A stretch of 64,000 nucleotides of DNA, from the NCBI GenBank assembly GCA_040217195.1, contig JAVJNR010000004.1, forward strand, positions 256,001 to 320,000. Reading direction: 5' to 3'. The stretch's first letter is position 1; each line of letters starts with the position of its first letter. A model generated the notes under the pieces. That model did not search any database. It was given only the letters and a program-made list of their open reading frames with translations, and had not been told where the DNA came from. The position numbers and the translations under genes were made by a program. Below are positions 1 through 9,938 of the stretch, one piece after another. The stretch comes from Leptospiraceae bacterium. Its GTDB lineage: Bacteria > Spirochaetota > Leptospiria > Leptospirales > Leptonemataceae.

Positions 1-834
1 TTCCTGGCGCTGGCCGGCCGAAATAACCGGATTCAAAAAAAAGCTCCCTGCAGATCTGGACTCGGGGTCGGATTCATCCACGACCATGGACTTCTTTTTT
101 CGAAGGGCCAACACTGCATTTCGTAGTCGTAGCAAGGCATCTGCTCTTTCTTCTGGACGGGGCTGGATGTTATGATCAGTTTCCCGGAATGAGGCGCCAT
201 CGCCGGTGGAAAGAGGATTAAGTGCCTGTCGTAATTCCTCGTACCGAGGCTCCTGAATCTGCACTGTGGACAGACGAAATGCCACACCGATTACAATGTA
301 GCGATCTCTATCGTAGGACTTAAATCGACTCTGACGATAATTGAATTCGCATTCTTCGTTGCTAAATACAATCTGCTCAAAAGTGATTCGGTCCAGACAG
401 CGCACCGAAACAATGGTCTGGGATACCTCTTGTCCATAGGCGCCCACATTCTGAATAGGAACAGCGCCCACCGAGCCGGGAATCCCGGACAGACATTCAA
501 CACCGGCCAGACCGGCAGAAATACAATACTGCACAAATCCATCCCAGGACTCACCGGAAGCAACATCCAGAGTCACCGAAGTTTCGTCCCTTTCGATTGT
601 CTCAATACCCCTGGTAGCAATGTGTAATACAAGTCCAGGAAATCCCGAGTCCGAAAAAATCGTATTGGATCCACCGCCCAGCACATACAGTGGCAGTTTC
701 TTATCTCTGGCGATGGATAGTCCCTGCAGTAATTCTTCCAGGGTAGTTGCTTTCAAATAAGAAACTGCCTGGCCGCCAAGCTTCAAAGTCGTAAGCGGGG
801 CCAGCTCTATTTGACTTTGAACGATGGAAGTCAT
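1..834 (-). CDS. murB: UDP-N-acetylmuramate dehydrogenase (3' end runs off the window)
   Basis: Not in the ORF track. Manual translation from the ATG at 834 gives MTSIVQSQIELAPLTTLKLGGQA...VLGGGSNT...ECLSGIPGSVGAVPIQNVGAYG, the MurB motifs. ATGA overlap with the mazG stop. Confidence 0.93.
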   Translation of the reverse strand, partial: MTSIVQSQIELAPLTTLKLGGQAVSYLKATTLEELLQGLSIARDKKLPLYVLGGGSNTIFSDSGFPGLVLHIATRGIETIERDETSVTLDVASGESWDGFVQYCISAGLAGVECLSGIPGSVGAVPIQNVGAYGQEVSQTIVSVRCLDRITFEQIVFSNEECEFNYRQSRFKSYDRDRYIVIGVAFRLSTVQIQEPRYEELRQALNPLSTGDGASFRETDHNIQPRPEERADALLRLRNAVLALRKKKSMVVDESDPESRSAGSFFLNPVISAGQRQE

Positions 835-1778
835 TTAGATCTTTCGCTTGCCTTGGCTTTTTGATAGATATCTTCCAGCTGATCCAGGTTCAGTTCTTCC
901 AGGGGGACTTCGCTTATTTCTTCCATTTTGCGAAACCTGACCATAAATTTTTCGCAGGTTTCATGAATCGAAAGTTCAGCGGGTACATCCAGGTGACGAG
1001 CCAGGTTAACGACACAGAAGAGTACATCTCCCAATTCTCCAGACAGCTCCTTCTTTAATCTGGCAGTGGCATGGGCGGAGTCCATTGCTGCAGTGGGCTC
1101 GGATGACTCTAACCTTTCAATAAGTTCATCCAGTTCGGCCAGTTCTTCATCCAGCTTCGCTCGCACATCTTTAATGTTGGTCCAGTCAAAGCCTTTTAGA
1201 GCCGCCTTCTTCTGGAGCTTCTCTGCACGATGCAAGCCTGGTAAATAGGCGGTATTCTTTCCAAAATCGGAAGATGGCTTTCCGTCTCGCAATGCACTGC
1301 CTACATCGCCCTGGCCATCAAGTAGATCGCTTGATTTTGATTCAGATTTGCCTTGCTTTTCTTTCTCTTTGAGCTTTTCCCAGTTCTTTAGCACTTCGCC
1401 TGCTCCGCTCAGTTCCAGATCTCCAAATACATGGGGATGGCGAAAGATAAGCTTATCTACGCTGGCCCGGGCCGCATCGTATAGATTGAACCAGCCATTT
1501 TCTTCTGCAAGGCGTGCGAAAAATATAATCAGAAAAAGCAAATCCCCCAGCTCCTCTTTGAAGTTCTCCACATCTGAACTGGCAATTGCATGGATTAGCT
1601 CATGGGCCTCCTCCAGCAAATGAGGCTGCATGCTTGTTAGATCTTGCTTGCGATCCCAGTCACAGCCTCCCGGTTCTCGAAGAATGGCTGCCAGTTCGAC
1701 CATGGCCTGAACATCGTGCCGGGCTTCTTCAATACGTTTTAGCTTTTCGGATGCAGATGACGAAGGAGTGGAATTCAT
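831..1778 (-). CDS. mazG: nucleoside triphosphate pyrophosphohydrolase MazG
   Basis: LREPGGCDWDRKQ, EEAHE, EELGDLLF, KLIFRHPHVFG and a second ELGDVLF repeat. Start moved from 1868 to the ATG at 1778 to avoid overlap with the divergent gene. Confidence 0.93.
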   Translation of the reverse strand: MNSTPSSSASEKLKRIEEARHDVQAMVELAAILREPGGCDWDRKQDLTSMQPHLLEEAHELIHAIASSDVENFKEELGDLLFLIIFFARLAEENGWFNLYDAARASVDKLIFRHPHVFGDLELSGAGEVLKNWEKLKEKEKQGKSESKSSDLLDGQGDVGSALRDGKPSSDFGKNTAYLPGLHRAEKLQKKAALKGFDWTNIKDVRAKLDEELAELDELIERLESSEPTAAMDSAHATARLKKELSGELGDVLFCVVNLARHLDVPAELSIHETCEKFMVRFRKMEEISEVPLEELNLDQLEDIYQKAKASERSK

Positions 1779-1839
1779 TTTTCCGGAGATAGCCTGGAAA
1801 TTATTGGACAGAGGGATGGGAGCCGATGCTCTACGTAGC

Positions 1840-2334
1840 ATGAAAAAGACCTTCCGATATGAAGGCAATTCCTTTATTCTAGACCTTCAAACCAATGCCG
1901 GGCAGTATAGCATTTCGCGTCAAAATGAAGATGCGAATGAGCTATTGGGGTCCGCTCATGGGTTTCGATTTCTGGATAATGAACGATTCGAGCTGCATGC
2001 TCAGGATGGAATCATAGAAGGAACCTATTATTTCACAGACCAGGATTTCTTTCTTCATTTAAACGGCAAGAACCTGCACTTCCAACCAGTTCAGGCAGAT
2101 GCAGCGCTTTCAGATTCGGATCTGGCCTATAAGAGTCCCATGCCCGGAAAACTCATTCGCATGTCCGTGCAAGAAGGTGCTGAGGTAGAAGAAGGTCAGA
2201 CTCTTTTCGTGGTTGAAGCCATGAAAATGGAAAACCAGGTAAAAGCCCGCCGGTCAGGTAAAGTAGCTGAGATAAATGGAAAAGAAGGTGATCTGGTCAA
2301 TCCTGAGGATGTGATCGTCACTCTCGCTGAGTGA
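1840..2334 (+). CDS. biotin carboxyl carrier / biotinyl-domain protein
   Basis: SPMPGK and the EAMKM biotinylation motif at the C-terminus. ATG 1840 preferred over 1768. Confidence 0.9.
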   Translation: MKKTFRYEGNSFILDLQTNAGQYSISRQNEDANELLGSAHGFRFLDNERFELHAQDGIIEGTYYFTDQDFFLHLNGKNLHFQPVQADAALSDSDLAYKSPMPGKLIRMSVQEGAEVEEGQTLFVVEAMKMENQVKARRSGKVAEINGKEGDLVNPEDVIVTLAE

Positions 2335-2377
2335 CAGCAACGAAGTCCGGCCTTTAAGGGCCGGAATCGCTTCTGGC

Positions 2378-2530
2378 TTACTTTTTGCCCTTCAATTCCT
2401 GAAGATAGCTCTGGCGCTGCTGAAAGCGCTCCTTTGCATTCAATCCCTGCCACGCTTTTTTCAGGTCCTTTACATTGGATCCAGTCTTGTCAGCGTACCG
2501 CTTGAGAAGTTTGGCCGTTTTCTCGTTCAT
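2378..2530 (-). CDS. small basic hypothetical protein (50 aa, MNEKTAKLLKRYA...)
   Basis: C-terminal part of ORF 2378..2815. TTGACT lies 29 nt upstream of the ATG. Resembles a small protein I recall from Leptospira (not verified). Confidence 0.65.
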   Translation of the reverse strand: MNEKTAKLLKRYADKTGSNVKDLKKAWQGLNAKERFQQRQSYLQELKGKK

Positions 2531-2705
2531 CGCGTCCAGTAATGGGAAAGCAGATCTGGAGTCAAGTCTGTACCCGATCCATTCACGGCTGCAGAGATTT
2601 CTACAGAATTTGACTGCCGCCTCACTGCCTGGACACCACAGAAAACTCCAGATGCCAATGCTCCGGGCGTCGGACGGCCCTATCGGGGGCAAGCTCTGAT
2701 CTGGC

Positions 2706-4310
2706 TCAAGAAGTGCGCCATCGCTCTGTATATGTATTACTGGGATCCCGATTTTCCGGAAAATCTGTGTTAAAGTGCAGTCCCCGGCTTTCCTGACGCT
2801 CCAGAGCCGATTCAATGATTAGACGGGCAATAAGCACCAGGTTTCGGAGCTCCAGGATCTTGTTCTGTAGCACGGTCCGCTTGTAGAAATCCATGATTTC
2901 GTCGTAGAGTAAATTAATGCGTCTAAGGGCCCGATTCAGTCTAAGGGTGGATCGAACAATGCCCACGTAATTCCACATGATGTGTCGAATCTCACCGAAG
3001 TTATGCTGCACAAGAATCCATTCCTCAGGGTTGAGCAGTCCTTCCTTCTGCCATGCACGAACGGCCGGCAGGCTATTCGCAAGAGGAAGGGAATCATCCG
3101 GAATAGCTTCTGCAATTCGATGAGCAAATACCAGTCCCTCGAGCAAACTGTTGGAAGCCAGTCTGTTTCCTCCATGAACTCCGGTGCAGGCCACTTCACC
3201 CACCGCGTACAGTCCAGCCAGACGGGTACGTCCGTAAAGATCGGTTCGAACACCGCCGCACATATAATGAGCGGCCGGAACTACAGGAATGGGCTGCCGG
3301 GCAATATCGATTCCTCGCTTCAAGCAGGTGGCATAGATATTGGGGAAACGGGCCATCAGTTCCTCTTGATCTGTTTTTGAACAATCCAGCCAGACATGAG
3401 GTGCACCGCTTTTCTTCATTTCTGCATCTATGGCGCGGGCCACAATATCCCTTGGTGCAAGCTCCATTCTCTCATCGTAACGATCCATAAAAGGTCGCTT
3501 CTCATGATCCAGTAGCCTGGCACCAAAACCTCGAAGTGCTTCCGTAATCAGGAATGAATTCTCTCCTGGCATGTACAGCGAAGTAGGATGGAATTGATAG
3601 AATTCCATGTTCGCAATCACCGCCCCGGCCCGATAGGCCAACGCAACTCCATCGCCGGTGGCTACGTCTGGATTGGTATTATGCAGATACACCCGGCCGG
3701 CTCCGCCCGATGCAAGGATGGTTGCTCTTGCTCGAATAATGCTGATTTCCCAGGTGTTACGATCGTAGACGTAAGCTCCGTAACAGGCAGGTGGCTTATC
3801 TCCAGGAGACTCTTCCCCTTCCACATGATAATTGGTTATTAATTCTACACCGCAGGTGTATTCCAGAAGTTCTACACCCTTTCGGTTCACCGCATCCACC
3901 AGAACATCTTCCACTTCTTTTCCGGTTAGATCTCCAGAATGAACAATTCGATTGGCACTGTGGCCGCCTTCTCGACCCAGATGCAGGTCTCCCTTTGCGT
4001 TACGGTCAAACTCAGCTCCCATTTCCATCAATTTATGGATATGCCGAGGTCCTTCAGTAACCAGGATTCGCACAGCTTCCGGATCGCATAAACCGGCACC
4101 AGCATCCAGGGTATCCTGAATATGACTTTCAAAGCTATCTGTTGTGGCCAAAACCGATGCAATACCACCCTGAGCATAACTGGTATTGGCTTCCACTACG
4201 TTGGACTTGGTAATTAGAAGAACCTTGCCATGGTCAGCCAGATGATAGGCTGCATACAGGCCGGACACTCCACTACCAATTACCAGGAAATCGACTGTAC
4301 GTTCTGCCAT
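2706..4310 (-). CDS. nadB: L-aspartate oxidase
   Basis: GSGVSG FAD motif, AQGGI, EGGHS, QFHPT, LAPRDIVAR, HYMCGG, HGGNRLASNSLLE, ESRGLH. Confidence 0.96.
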   Translation of the reverse strand: MAERTVDFLVIGSGVSGLYAAYHLADHGKVLLITKSNVVEANTSYAQGGIASVLATTDSFESHIQDTLDAGAGLCDPEAVRILVTEGPRHIHKLMEMGAEFDRNAKGDLHLGREGGHSANRIVHSGDLTGKEVEDVLVDAVNRKGVELLEYTCGVELITNYHVEGEESPGDKPPACYGAYVYDRNTWEISIIRARATILASGGAGRVYLHNTNPDVATGDGVALAYRAGAVIANMEFYQFHPTSLYMPGENSFLITEALRGFGARLLDHEKRPFMDRYDERMELAPRDIVARAIDAEMKKSGAPHVWLDCSKTDQEELMARFPNIYATCLKRGIDIARQPIPVVPAAHYMCGGVRTDLYGRTRLAGLYAVGEVACTGVHGGNRLASNSLLEGLVFAHRIAEAIPDDSLPLANSLPAVRAWQKEGLLNPEEWILVQHNFGEIRHIMWNYVGIVRSTLRLNRALRRINLLYDEIMDFYKRTVLQNKILELRNLVLIARLIIESALERQESRGLHFNTDFPENRDPSNTYTERWRTS

Positions 4311-4311
4311 A

Positions 4312-6189
4312 TCAGGGCCGAGGATTCTTTTTCAGAGCATCTATATAGGCGATGGCACGGATCAGAGCAGCATCTGGCTTGATAGCATCGCTTTTATGAT
4401 CTCTAAGGAAATTTTCCGCAGATTCATTTTCGCCCACGGTTTTTTTCAGAGAATCCACCCAGGCCTGACGACCAGGCTTCTTTTTCCTCTCCTGGAGTTC
4501 CGGTAAATGCTGCCACATGTCTTCTTCCCGGAAACGAGGAGGAAAGGAACCATCTGCCTCCGGAGAAATGGCAACATCGGGGTTAACACCATAAACCTGG
4601 ATTGTATATCCATCCGGTGCATAGTAGCGAGCTGTGGTAAGTTTAATAATTACATCACCCAGACTCTCCAGGCTTTGCACAGTGGCCTTTCCAAAGCTTC
4701 GTTCCCCTACAATCAACGCTGCATTATGATCCTTAAGAGCGGATGCCACAATTTCGCTGGCGGAGGCAGATCCGGCATCAATCATTACAATGAGAGGAGC
4801 TTCTGCGGAATGCAAGAATATGGGCCTTAGATTATTCTTTTCTTCTTTAGAATCCCGACGGCCTTTGATCTCCACAACCTCCAGGCCTTTGGGCAGGAAA
4901 AGTCCCGCTACCTTGATTGCTTCTCGGAGATCTCCCCCCGGATTGCCGCGAAGATCCAGAACCAGACCTTCCAGTTTTCCATCTGCCTGGTTTACCAGAG
5001 ATTCATATTCCTCGCGAATTAGATCCGAAGGATAGGTTCTATCAAAAAGAAAAGAAGATAGCTTTATAACACCGATTTTCTGAGTGCTAAAACCCTTGAG
5101 CGGCGAATCGGGTATGTAAGTAGAAGATACCGCTTTTTGCTCGATTACACCTCTACGAATCGAAATATCAAGAGTTTCCAGGGTTGTTGGACGTTCCACA
5201 GTTAAAGTAACGGTGGTGTCCCTGGGACCTCGAATCTGCTTCACAACGTCCGAAAGAGGAAGACCTTCGATACTGTTATCATCCACTTTTTTGATGATGT
5301 CACCGGCTCGTAGCCCGGCTTTCAATGCAGGTGAGCCCGGCAGGGGAGTTTCTACGATTACTTCGGAGGAGCCACCGCCGCGAAGCATTGCACCAATTCC
5401 TTCAAAAGTAGAATCTTCGGATTCTTTGCGAATCTTATCCCAGGTCTGCATATCCAGAATGGCACTGTGCGGATCCAGACTCTTGAGAAAGCCGTTGGCG
5501 GCCGCAAAATAAACATGATTCAGTCCAAAACTGGATGGATCAAAATCCGGAGCTTCGGACTGGGATTGCGTATCTGGCGGTGTAATGTAGTTATCTCGAT
5601 TGGTCTCAATCCAGGTGACTACCTTGAGAAAATCTTCTCTGGAAAACTGGATTTTCTGCCATGCATCGTCCAGGGCTCTTTGTTCGGATTGTATCTGTTC
5701 CCGGACTTCCTGAGCCTTCTGCGCACGTTCAGACGTATTCAGGCCCTGCCGTTCCTTCTGCTCCTGTTCTTCAATAGTATTTCGTTTCTTTTCATAGGCA
5801 GTCCAATCCGGTTCCAGCACTACATAAGGAGTTCCAGAGAACTCTCCGATCAACTTTCCAGGAATGATGCGAATGGGACGCAAAACCTGGTTCTGATTCT
5901 GATAAAAGCTTCTGGGGTATAGAATCAGGGGATAGGGAAGAGCACGGAGAGCAGATTCCGCCGCTCCAACATAGCCGCGGCCCGTATCCACTCCTGGATC
6001 TATGTAGTTGTCCAGAGCATATTTCACTATGTCATCGAAGTTATCCTGACCGAACTGGGCCGGAATATTCTTGCTCTGAGCTGGATCACAACCGCAGAAT
6101 GCAAGGAAAGACAATGAAAGAAAGAGAACAAGAGTACCTGAGAGCTTCACAGAGTGTACTGGGAACCATGTCCGGTGTTTTGTCGACAT
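4312..6189 (-). CDS. ctpA: S41 family C-terminal processing peptidase with PDZ domain, probable lipoprotein
   Basis: LDPHS, PDZ (FEGIGA...GLRAGDII), DLRGNPGG, SASASEI, GERSFGKA. Signal peptide with Cys. Confidence 0.92.
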   Translation of the reverse strand: MSTKHRTWFPVHSVKLSGTLVLFLSLSFLAFCGCDPAQSKNIPAQFGQDNFDDIVKYALDNYIDPGVDTGRGYVGAAESALRALPYPLILYPRSFYQNQNQVLRPIRIIPGKLIGEFSGTPYVVLEPDWTAYEKKRNTIEEQEQKERQGLNTSERAQKAQEVREQIQSEQRALDDAWQKIQFSREDFLKVVTWIETNRDNYITPPDTQSQSEAPDFDPSSFGLNHVYFAAANGFLKSLDPHSAILDMQTWDKIRKESEDSTFEGIGAMLRGGGSSEVIVETPLPGSPALKAGLRAGDIIKKVDDNSIEGLPLSDVVKQIRGPRDTTVTLTVERPTTLETLDISIRRGVIEQKAVSSTYIPDSPLKGFSTQKIGVIKLSSFLFDRTYPSDLIREEYESLVNQADGKLEGLVLDLRGNPGGDLREAIKVAGLFLPKGLEVVEIKGRRDSKEEKNNLRPIFLHSAEAPLIVMIDAGSASASEIVASALKDHNAALIVGERSFGKATVQSLESLGDVIIKLTTARYYAPDGYTIQVYGVNPDVAISPEADGSFPPRFREEDMWQHLPELQERKKKPGRQAWVDSLKKTVGENESAENFLRDHKSDAIKPDAALIRAIAYIDALKKNPRP

Positions 6190-6248
6190 TTTTAGATTTC
6201 CTTTTCCATGGGTGGCAGAAAGAAAAAATACTTCGTAATTATAGATCC

Positions 6249-7184
6249 ATGCCTGAAGAATCCAATGGATTCAATCGGGCGGTCCAGGCTCCCGTTTTGC
6301 GGTTGATCCCTGGTCTTGGATGGGCGCTGATCTGCGCCATTTTTCTATCGTGCCATCAAACTGTATCTGAGCCCTATTACCTGATTCTGGATCGTGCAGT
6401 CAAAGAATACTTTTTGCCCGATGGGGACAAATCCGAAGGACTGCGTTTACTTCAGGAAGCCTGTCATGGGAACGAGGATTATCCGGATTTGCTCTGTTAC
6501 AATGCAGGAGTACTGCTACTTCGCGAAAACAGACCGGAGGAAGCTCTGGATTACTTCGAGAAGGCTCATTCCTTACACGATATTCCTCTATATAGAAGCG
6601 CCGTGCGAACAACCAGGCTTGAACTGGAAAAAATCGGCGATGGAACTTATCGAGAAAAGGCCGATCAAATCATCCTGGGTTGCAAGAAGCAAGAAATAGC
6701 CACCGTCGATTTGATAGAAGAGGCCCTGGGGTCGGATTCCAGTCCACGGTTGCAGCAATTTGCCTCTCAGCCATTAATTGAAAATTGTATGAATGAAATA
6801 GCCTCTGGTACCCGCCAGAAGGACCTTCTTGCAAGGATTCAGACAATTCGCAATAATTTACCGGATCTGAAATCCGAGCTACGAGAGCTGGAGCTGAATC
6901 AGCATCCTCTAAACAGATTGTGGAATCCGTTCTGGAAATATGGAGAAAATCCCGGCGGCTTTCCTGCCGTGGAAGCGTGGGCGGCTACACTTGATGCAGC
7001 AAAGCAGGGTTCTTCGGCCGGAGCTGAACAGGCAGCCCGTCGTTTCTTTTCTCTGGCAGAACTACGGGGAAGTGACCAGGGGGTGGCATTACGTCGCGCT
7101 GGAGCTCTGTTAATTCTACAGGATCCATATTTCAATGGTGTGCGCAGTGGTGGATTAAAAGCCCTGGCCCAATCAAATCTGTAA
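6249..7184 (+). CDS. TPR-like hypothetical lipoprotein
   Basis: Hydrophobic stretch ending IFLSC; TPR-like YNAGVLLL...EEALDYFEKA. Start moved from 6099 to 6249 to avoid overlap with ctpA. Confidence 0.7.
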   Translation: MPEESNGFNRAVQAPVLRLIPGLGWALICAIFLSCHQTVSEPYYLILDRAVKEYFLPDGDKSEGLRLLQEACHGNEDYPDLLCYNAGVLLLRENRPEEALDYFEKAHSLHDIPLYRSAVRTTRLELEKIGDGTYREKADQIILGCKKQEIATVDLIEEALGSDSSPRLQQFASQPLIENCMNEIASGTRQKDLLARIQTIRNNLPDLKSELRELELNQHPLNRLWNPFWKYGENPGGFPAVEAWAATLDAAKQGSSAGAEQAARRFFSLAELRGSDQGVALRRAGALLILQDPYFNGVRSGGLKALAQSNL

Positions 7185-7207
7185 CATCGGATTCCGATAA
7201 TCTATTC

Positions 7208-7450
7208 ATGGAAGGGAAAACCGGCGAAGACCTGAATCAGCAGGAACGAAATACCATTCAAGAAGCCCTGGCGCTGTCCCAGACAGATCCAGGAGGTCCT
7301 CGTGCTCCAGGGGAAAAGGTTGTAAACCTGAATGTGTATCGTATTCAGCGAGCTCTGCGACAGGAAGGTTTCGATCTAATTCGAGATGATAGTGGAAAAC
7401 TCACTCTGGTCCTGCGAGTGAATAAGGAAGATGCCAACGGTCAGACCTAA
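7208..7450 (+). CDS. hypothetical protein (80 aa)
   Basis: Fills the gap directly downstream of the TPR gene; protein-like composition. Confidence 0.6.
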   Translation: MEGKTGEDLNQQERNTIQEALALSQTDPGGPRAPGEKVVNLNVYRIQRALRQEGFDLIRDDSGKLTLVLRVNKEDANGQT

Positions 7451-7480
7451 GACCAGTTGCCCGGGACTCATGGCCTGAGG

Positions 7481-8161
7481 TCAAAGGCAAAGAAGATCTT
7501 CAAAATCATCAGAAATTCGATCCAGCCAGGATGGATCTCTGGTAATTAAAAATAGCTGGGTGTTTCCTTCATAGACCATCAATAGCTGTCTTGCCAGCTT
7601 CCGGGCTGACTTATCGGTACCGGTAGAATCCGCCCATCGACGAAAATAGTCTGCTAGAATCTCCATCCAATCATTGAGCAATTCATTTAGCAATGGCTGA
7701 AATCTGTTTCCATGACTGAGAGTCTGAGAAGAGAAATTTGCCAGCGGACATCCATAGAAGCTTTCTTTTCGGGCCTCTCTCTTTAGAATACCTACCCAGC
7801 TACGCACCATGGACACAGGATCCGGACGACCGGTCAGTGTTCTAAGCAATTGAGCCACCTGACGTCCGCGCTCCTCCACGTAAGCCCGTCCCAGGTCTTC
7901 TTTAGATTCAAAATGAGAATAAAGACTCTGCTTGTGAGCACCCGCCTCTTCTAGAACTCGATTAATTCCTGTGGCATCAAAGCCCTCGGAGTAAAACAGA
8001 CGATCCGCAGCCTGACGGATTCGAATCTCTGGCTTTTCCTTTCGTAGCTCTGGCTGACCTTGCTCCCGAGAGACAGTCCTGCCCGAAGGCTTCTTACCAG
8101 TTTCAGAAGCTCCGGTCTTCCTATTAACCTTTTTAGCCCTTTCGGATGGATCCTTCGCCAT
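7481..8161 (-). CDS. TetR/AcrR regulator, NemR-like subfamily
   Basis: HTH (LFYSEGFDATGINRVLEEAGAHKQSLYSHFESKEDL) and C-terminal YGCPLAN. ATG at 8161 chosen. Confidence 0.9.
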   Translation of the reverse strand: MAKDPSERAKKVNRKTGASETGKKPSGRTVSREQGQPELRKEKPEIRIRQAADRLFYSEGFDATGINRVLEEAGAHKQSLYSHFESKEDLGRAYVEERGRQVAQLLRTLTGRPDPVSMVRSWVGILKREARKESFYGCPLANFSSQTLSHGNRFQPLLNELLNDWMEILADYFRRWADSTGTDKSARKLARQLLMVYEGNTQLFLITRDPSWLDRISDDFEDLLCL

Positions 8162-8181
8162 ACATGCTATTTGTATTTTTT

Positions 8182-8197
8182 TAGACAAATCTGTCTA
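8182..8197. promoter_or_regulatory. palindromic operator 1, TAGACAAATCTGTCTA
   Basis: TAGAC-N6-GTCTA dyad between the divergent TetR and dehydrogenase genes. Confidence 0.8.
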
Positions 8198-8239
8198 TTT
8201 TTTTATGGACACCACTTTTCCATAATCCTGAATAGATTT

Positions 8240-8255
8240 TAGACCGATCTGTCTA
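8240..8255. promoter_or_regulatory. palindromic operator 2, TAGACCGATCTGTCTA
   Basis: Second copy of the same dyad, just upstream of the dehydrogenase SD (GGAGAGGAG). Confidence 0.8.
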
Positions 8256-8278
8256 TTTATCTGGAGAGGAGAATCGTA

Positions 8279-9307
8279 ATGAAAAGACTGGAATTAGTGA
8301 AAAAAGGAACCCTGGAATGGAGAGAGTTTCCGGAACCCGAAATCCAGGACAGAAATCAACTAATCGTGGCACCAGTGGCGGTGGCTCGATGCGACCTGGA
8401 TTTGCCCATACTGCATGGAAAGACTCTGTTTCGGCCTCCATTTGCCATCGGTCATGAATTCGTTGGAAAGATACTGAAAACCAGCCCGGATCTAGTGGAT
8501 GATCCGGAGCTCAAAATCGGAACTCTTGTAGCGGTTTCTTTTCAGGTTGCCTGTGGTAGTTGTAGCCATTGTAGCGAAGGTTTGAGCAAAAGCTGCAGCA
8601 AAGTGGATGCACTTTCTGACTATGGAATGCCACCCGGAGCCAATCATTATGGTGGTGCACTCACCGAGCAGGTTCTAGTTCCATTCGCCAGACAGATGTG
8701 TCTTCCACTGCCTGCCAGCGTTGATCCTGTGAGCGTGGCCAGTTTGAGCGATAACATAGCAGAGGCAGATAAGCTGGTAGGCCGATTTCTTCCGCGACTG
8801 AAGGACAAAAGTATTCTGGTCCTTGGCGGAATGGCTCAGAGCATTGGGATCTATACCTGTCTGTATGCGAAGCAAATGGGTCAGACCCAGATTACATATA
8901 TGGATGATGACCCGGACCGTCTACAGCTCGCTTCCAATCTCGGAATTGAATGTCTGGAAGCCGGCGGTTTTAAAAAGTCTCCAGGTAGATATCATCTCGT
9001 GGCCGATGCAAGTGCCAATGAAAGCGCCTGGAACATTGGGCTTCGCTCTGTGCAACCCGGAGGAATCTACACTTCTGCATCAATCTTCTGGAGTAATAAA
9101 GTGCCCATCCCGTATTTAGAGATGTATAATCATGAAGTGGAGCTTCATATTGGCCGAGTCAATGCAGCAGAAAGTATGCGACGATTAATGCCTGCCATCG
9201 AATCAGGACAATTCACTCCGGAATCTGTGGTTACACATACTGCAAGTTTCGCCGATGCAAAGGAAGCCTGGAGCGAACCAGGAATCAAACTGGTAATAAA
9301 AACATAG
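8279..9307 (+). CDS. zinc-dependent medium-chain dehydrogenase (FDH-like)
   Basis: CDLD, GHE, structural Zn CGSCSHC..C, LSDN. Confidence 0.9.
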   Translation: MKRLELVKKGTLEWREFPEPEIQDRNQLIVAPVAVARCDLDLPILHGKTLFRPPFAIGHEFVGKILKTSPDLVDDPELKIGTLVAVSFQVACGSCSHCSEGLSKSCSKVDALSDYGMPPGANHYGGALTEQVLVPFARQMCLPLPASVDPVSVASLSDNIAEADKLVGRFLPRLKDKSILVLGGMAQSIGIYTCLYAKQMGQTQITYMDDDPDRLQLASNLGIECLEAGGFKKSPGRYHLVADASANESAWNIGLRSVQPGGIYTSASIFWSNKVPIPYLEMYNHEVELHIGRVNAAESMRRLMPAIESGQFTPESVVTHTASFADAKEAWSEPGIKLVIKT

Positions 9308-9376
9308 AAAACTGGGCGGACTGAATCAAGAATGCAGGCCGGACAATTCTCGGCCAAACATTTGCGGACCGTGGCT

Positions 9377-9931
9377 TCAGGGAAAGATAAACTCTCCTTT
9401 TATAAGTTCGTAGCCATGCTGCAAATCTGGAGGAGCGTTTCCCACGGAACAATCAGATCCTCCTGCAGGATTCGTGGCCGCAGGCCACTCCAGCACAAGC
9501 TTGCTCATATATCCTTTAGTAATCCAGGAACAGGTACCTGTTTTACCGGAACTAATAAATGCACTACTGGTAGCAGATAGATTCTCTCGATATTCCTTTC
9601 TGTTTTCGTCGTATTTTTCGTATTGCCCGGTATTCTGATTGGTCGGATGCACAATAGAGAAGTAGAGTTTCCCGTTTCTCTTCATCTGGATTCTACATTT
9701 GACCATGTCCAGGTCAGGCAATATTTCATAGTCTATTCTTGCTTGGGGATAATTCTCCTTGAGCGCATTTTGCACATTGAAACAACTCTTTCCTGTATCG
9801 GATTGGGCCAATTCTTCCACAGACAACTGAGAATTCATTTCCTGGGACGTGCCGCTACTACATCCGAAAATAAATATGGAAATGCAAAAGACCAGAAATA
9901 AGGATCCAAAAAGCTTCATTAGCAACTCCAT
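9377..9931 (-). CDS. hypothetical lipoprotein
   Basis: Signal peptide ending FIFGC; several Cys in the mature part. Confidence 0.7.
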   Translation of the reverse strand: MELLMKLFGSLFLVFCISIFIFGCSSGTSQEMNSQLSVEELAQSDTGKSCFNVQNALKENYPQARIDYEILPDLDMVKCRIQMKRNGKLYFSIVHPTNQNTGQYEKYDENRKEYRENLSATSSAFISSGKTGTCSWITKGYMSKLVLEWPAATNPAGGSDCSVGNAPPDLQHGYELIKGEFIFP

Positions 9932-9938
9932 CGCTCAC

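Noticed and set aside
33..627. Short ORFs in the track at the window start
   Set aside because: They are alternative frames over murB, which the track missed because it runs off the edge.
2566..2705. Possible sRNA or antisense promoter (TTGACT near 2610) downstream of nadB
   Set aside because: No convincing -10, terminator or known RNA motif.
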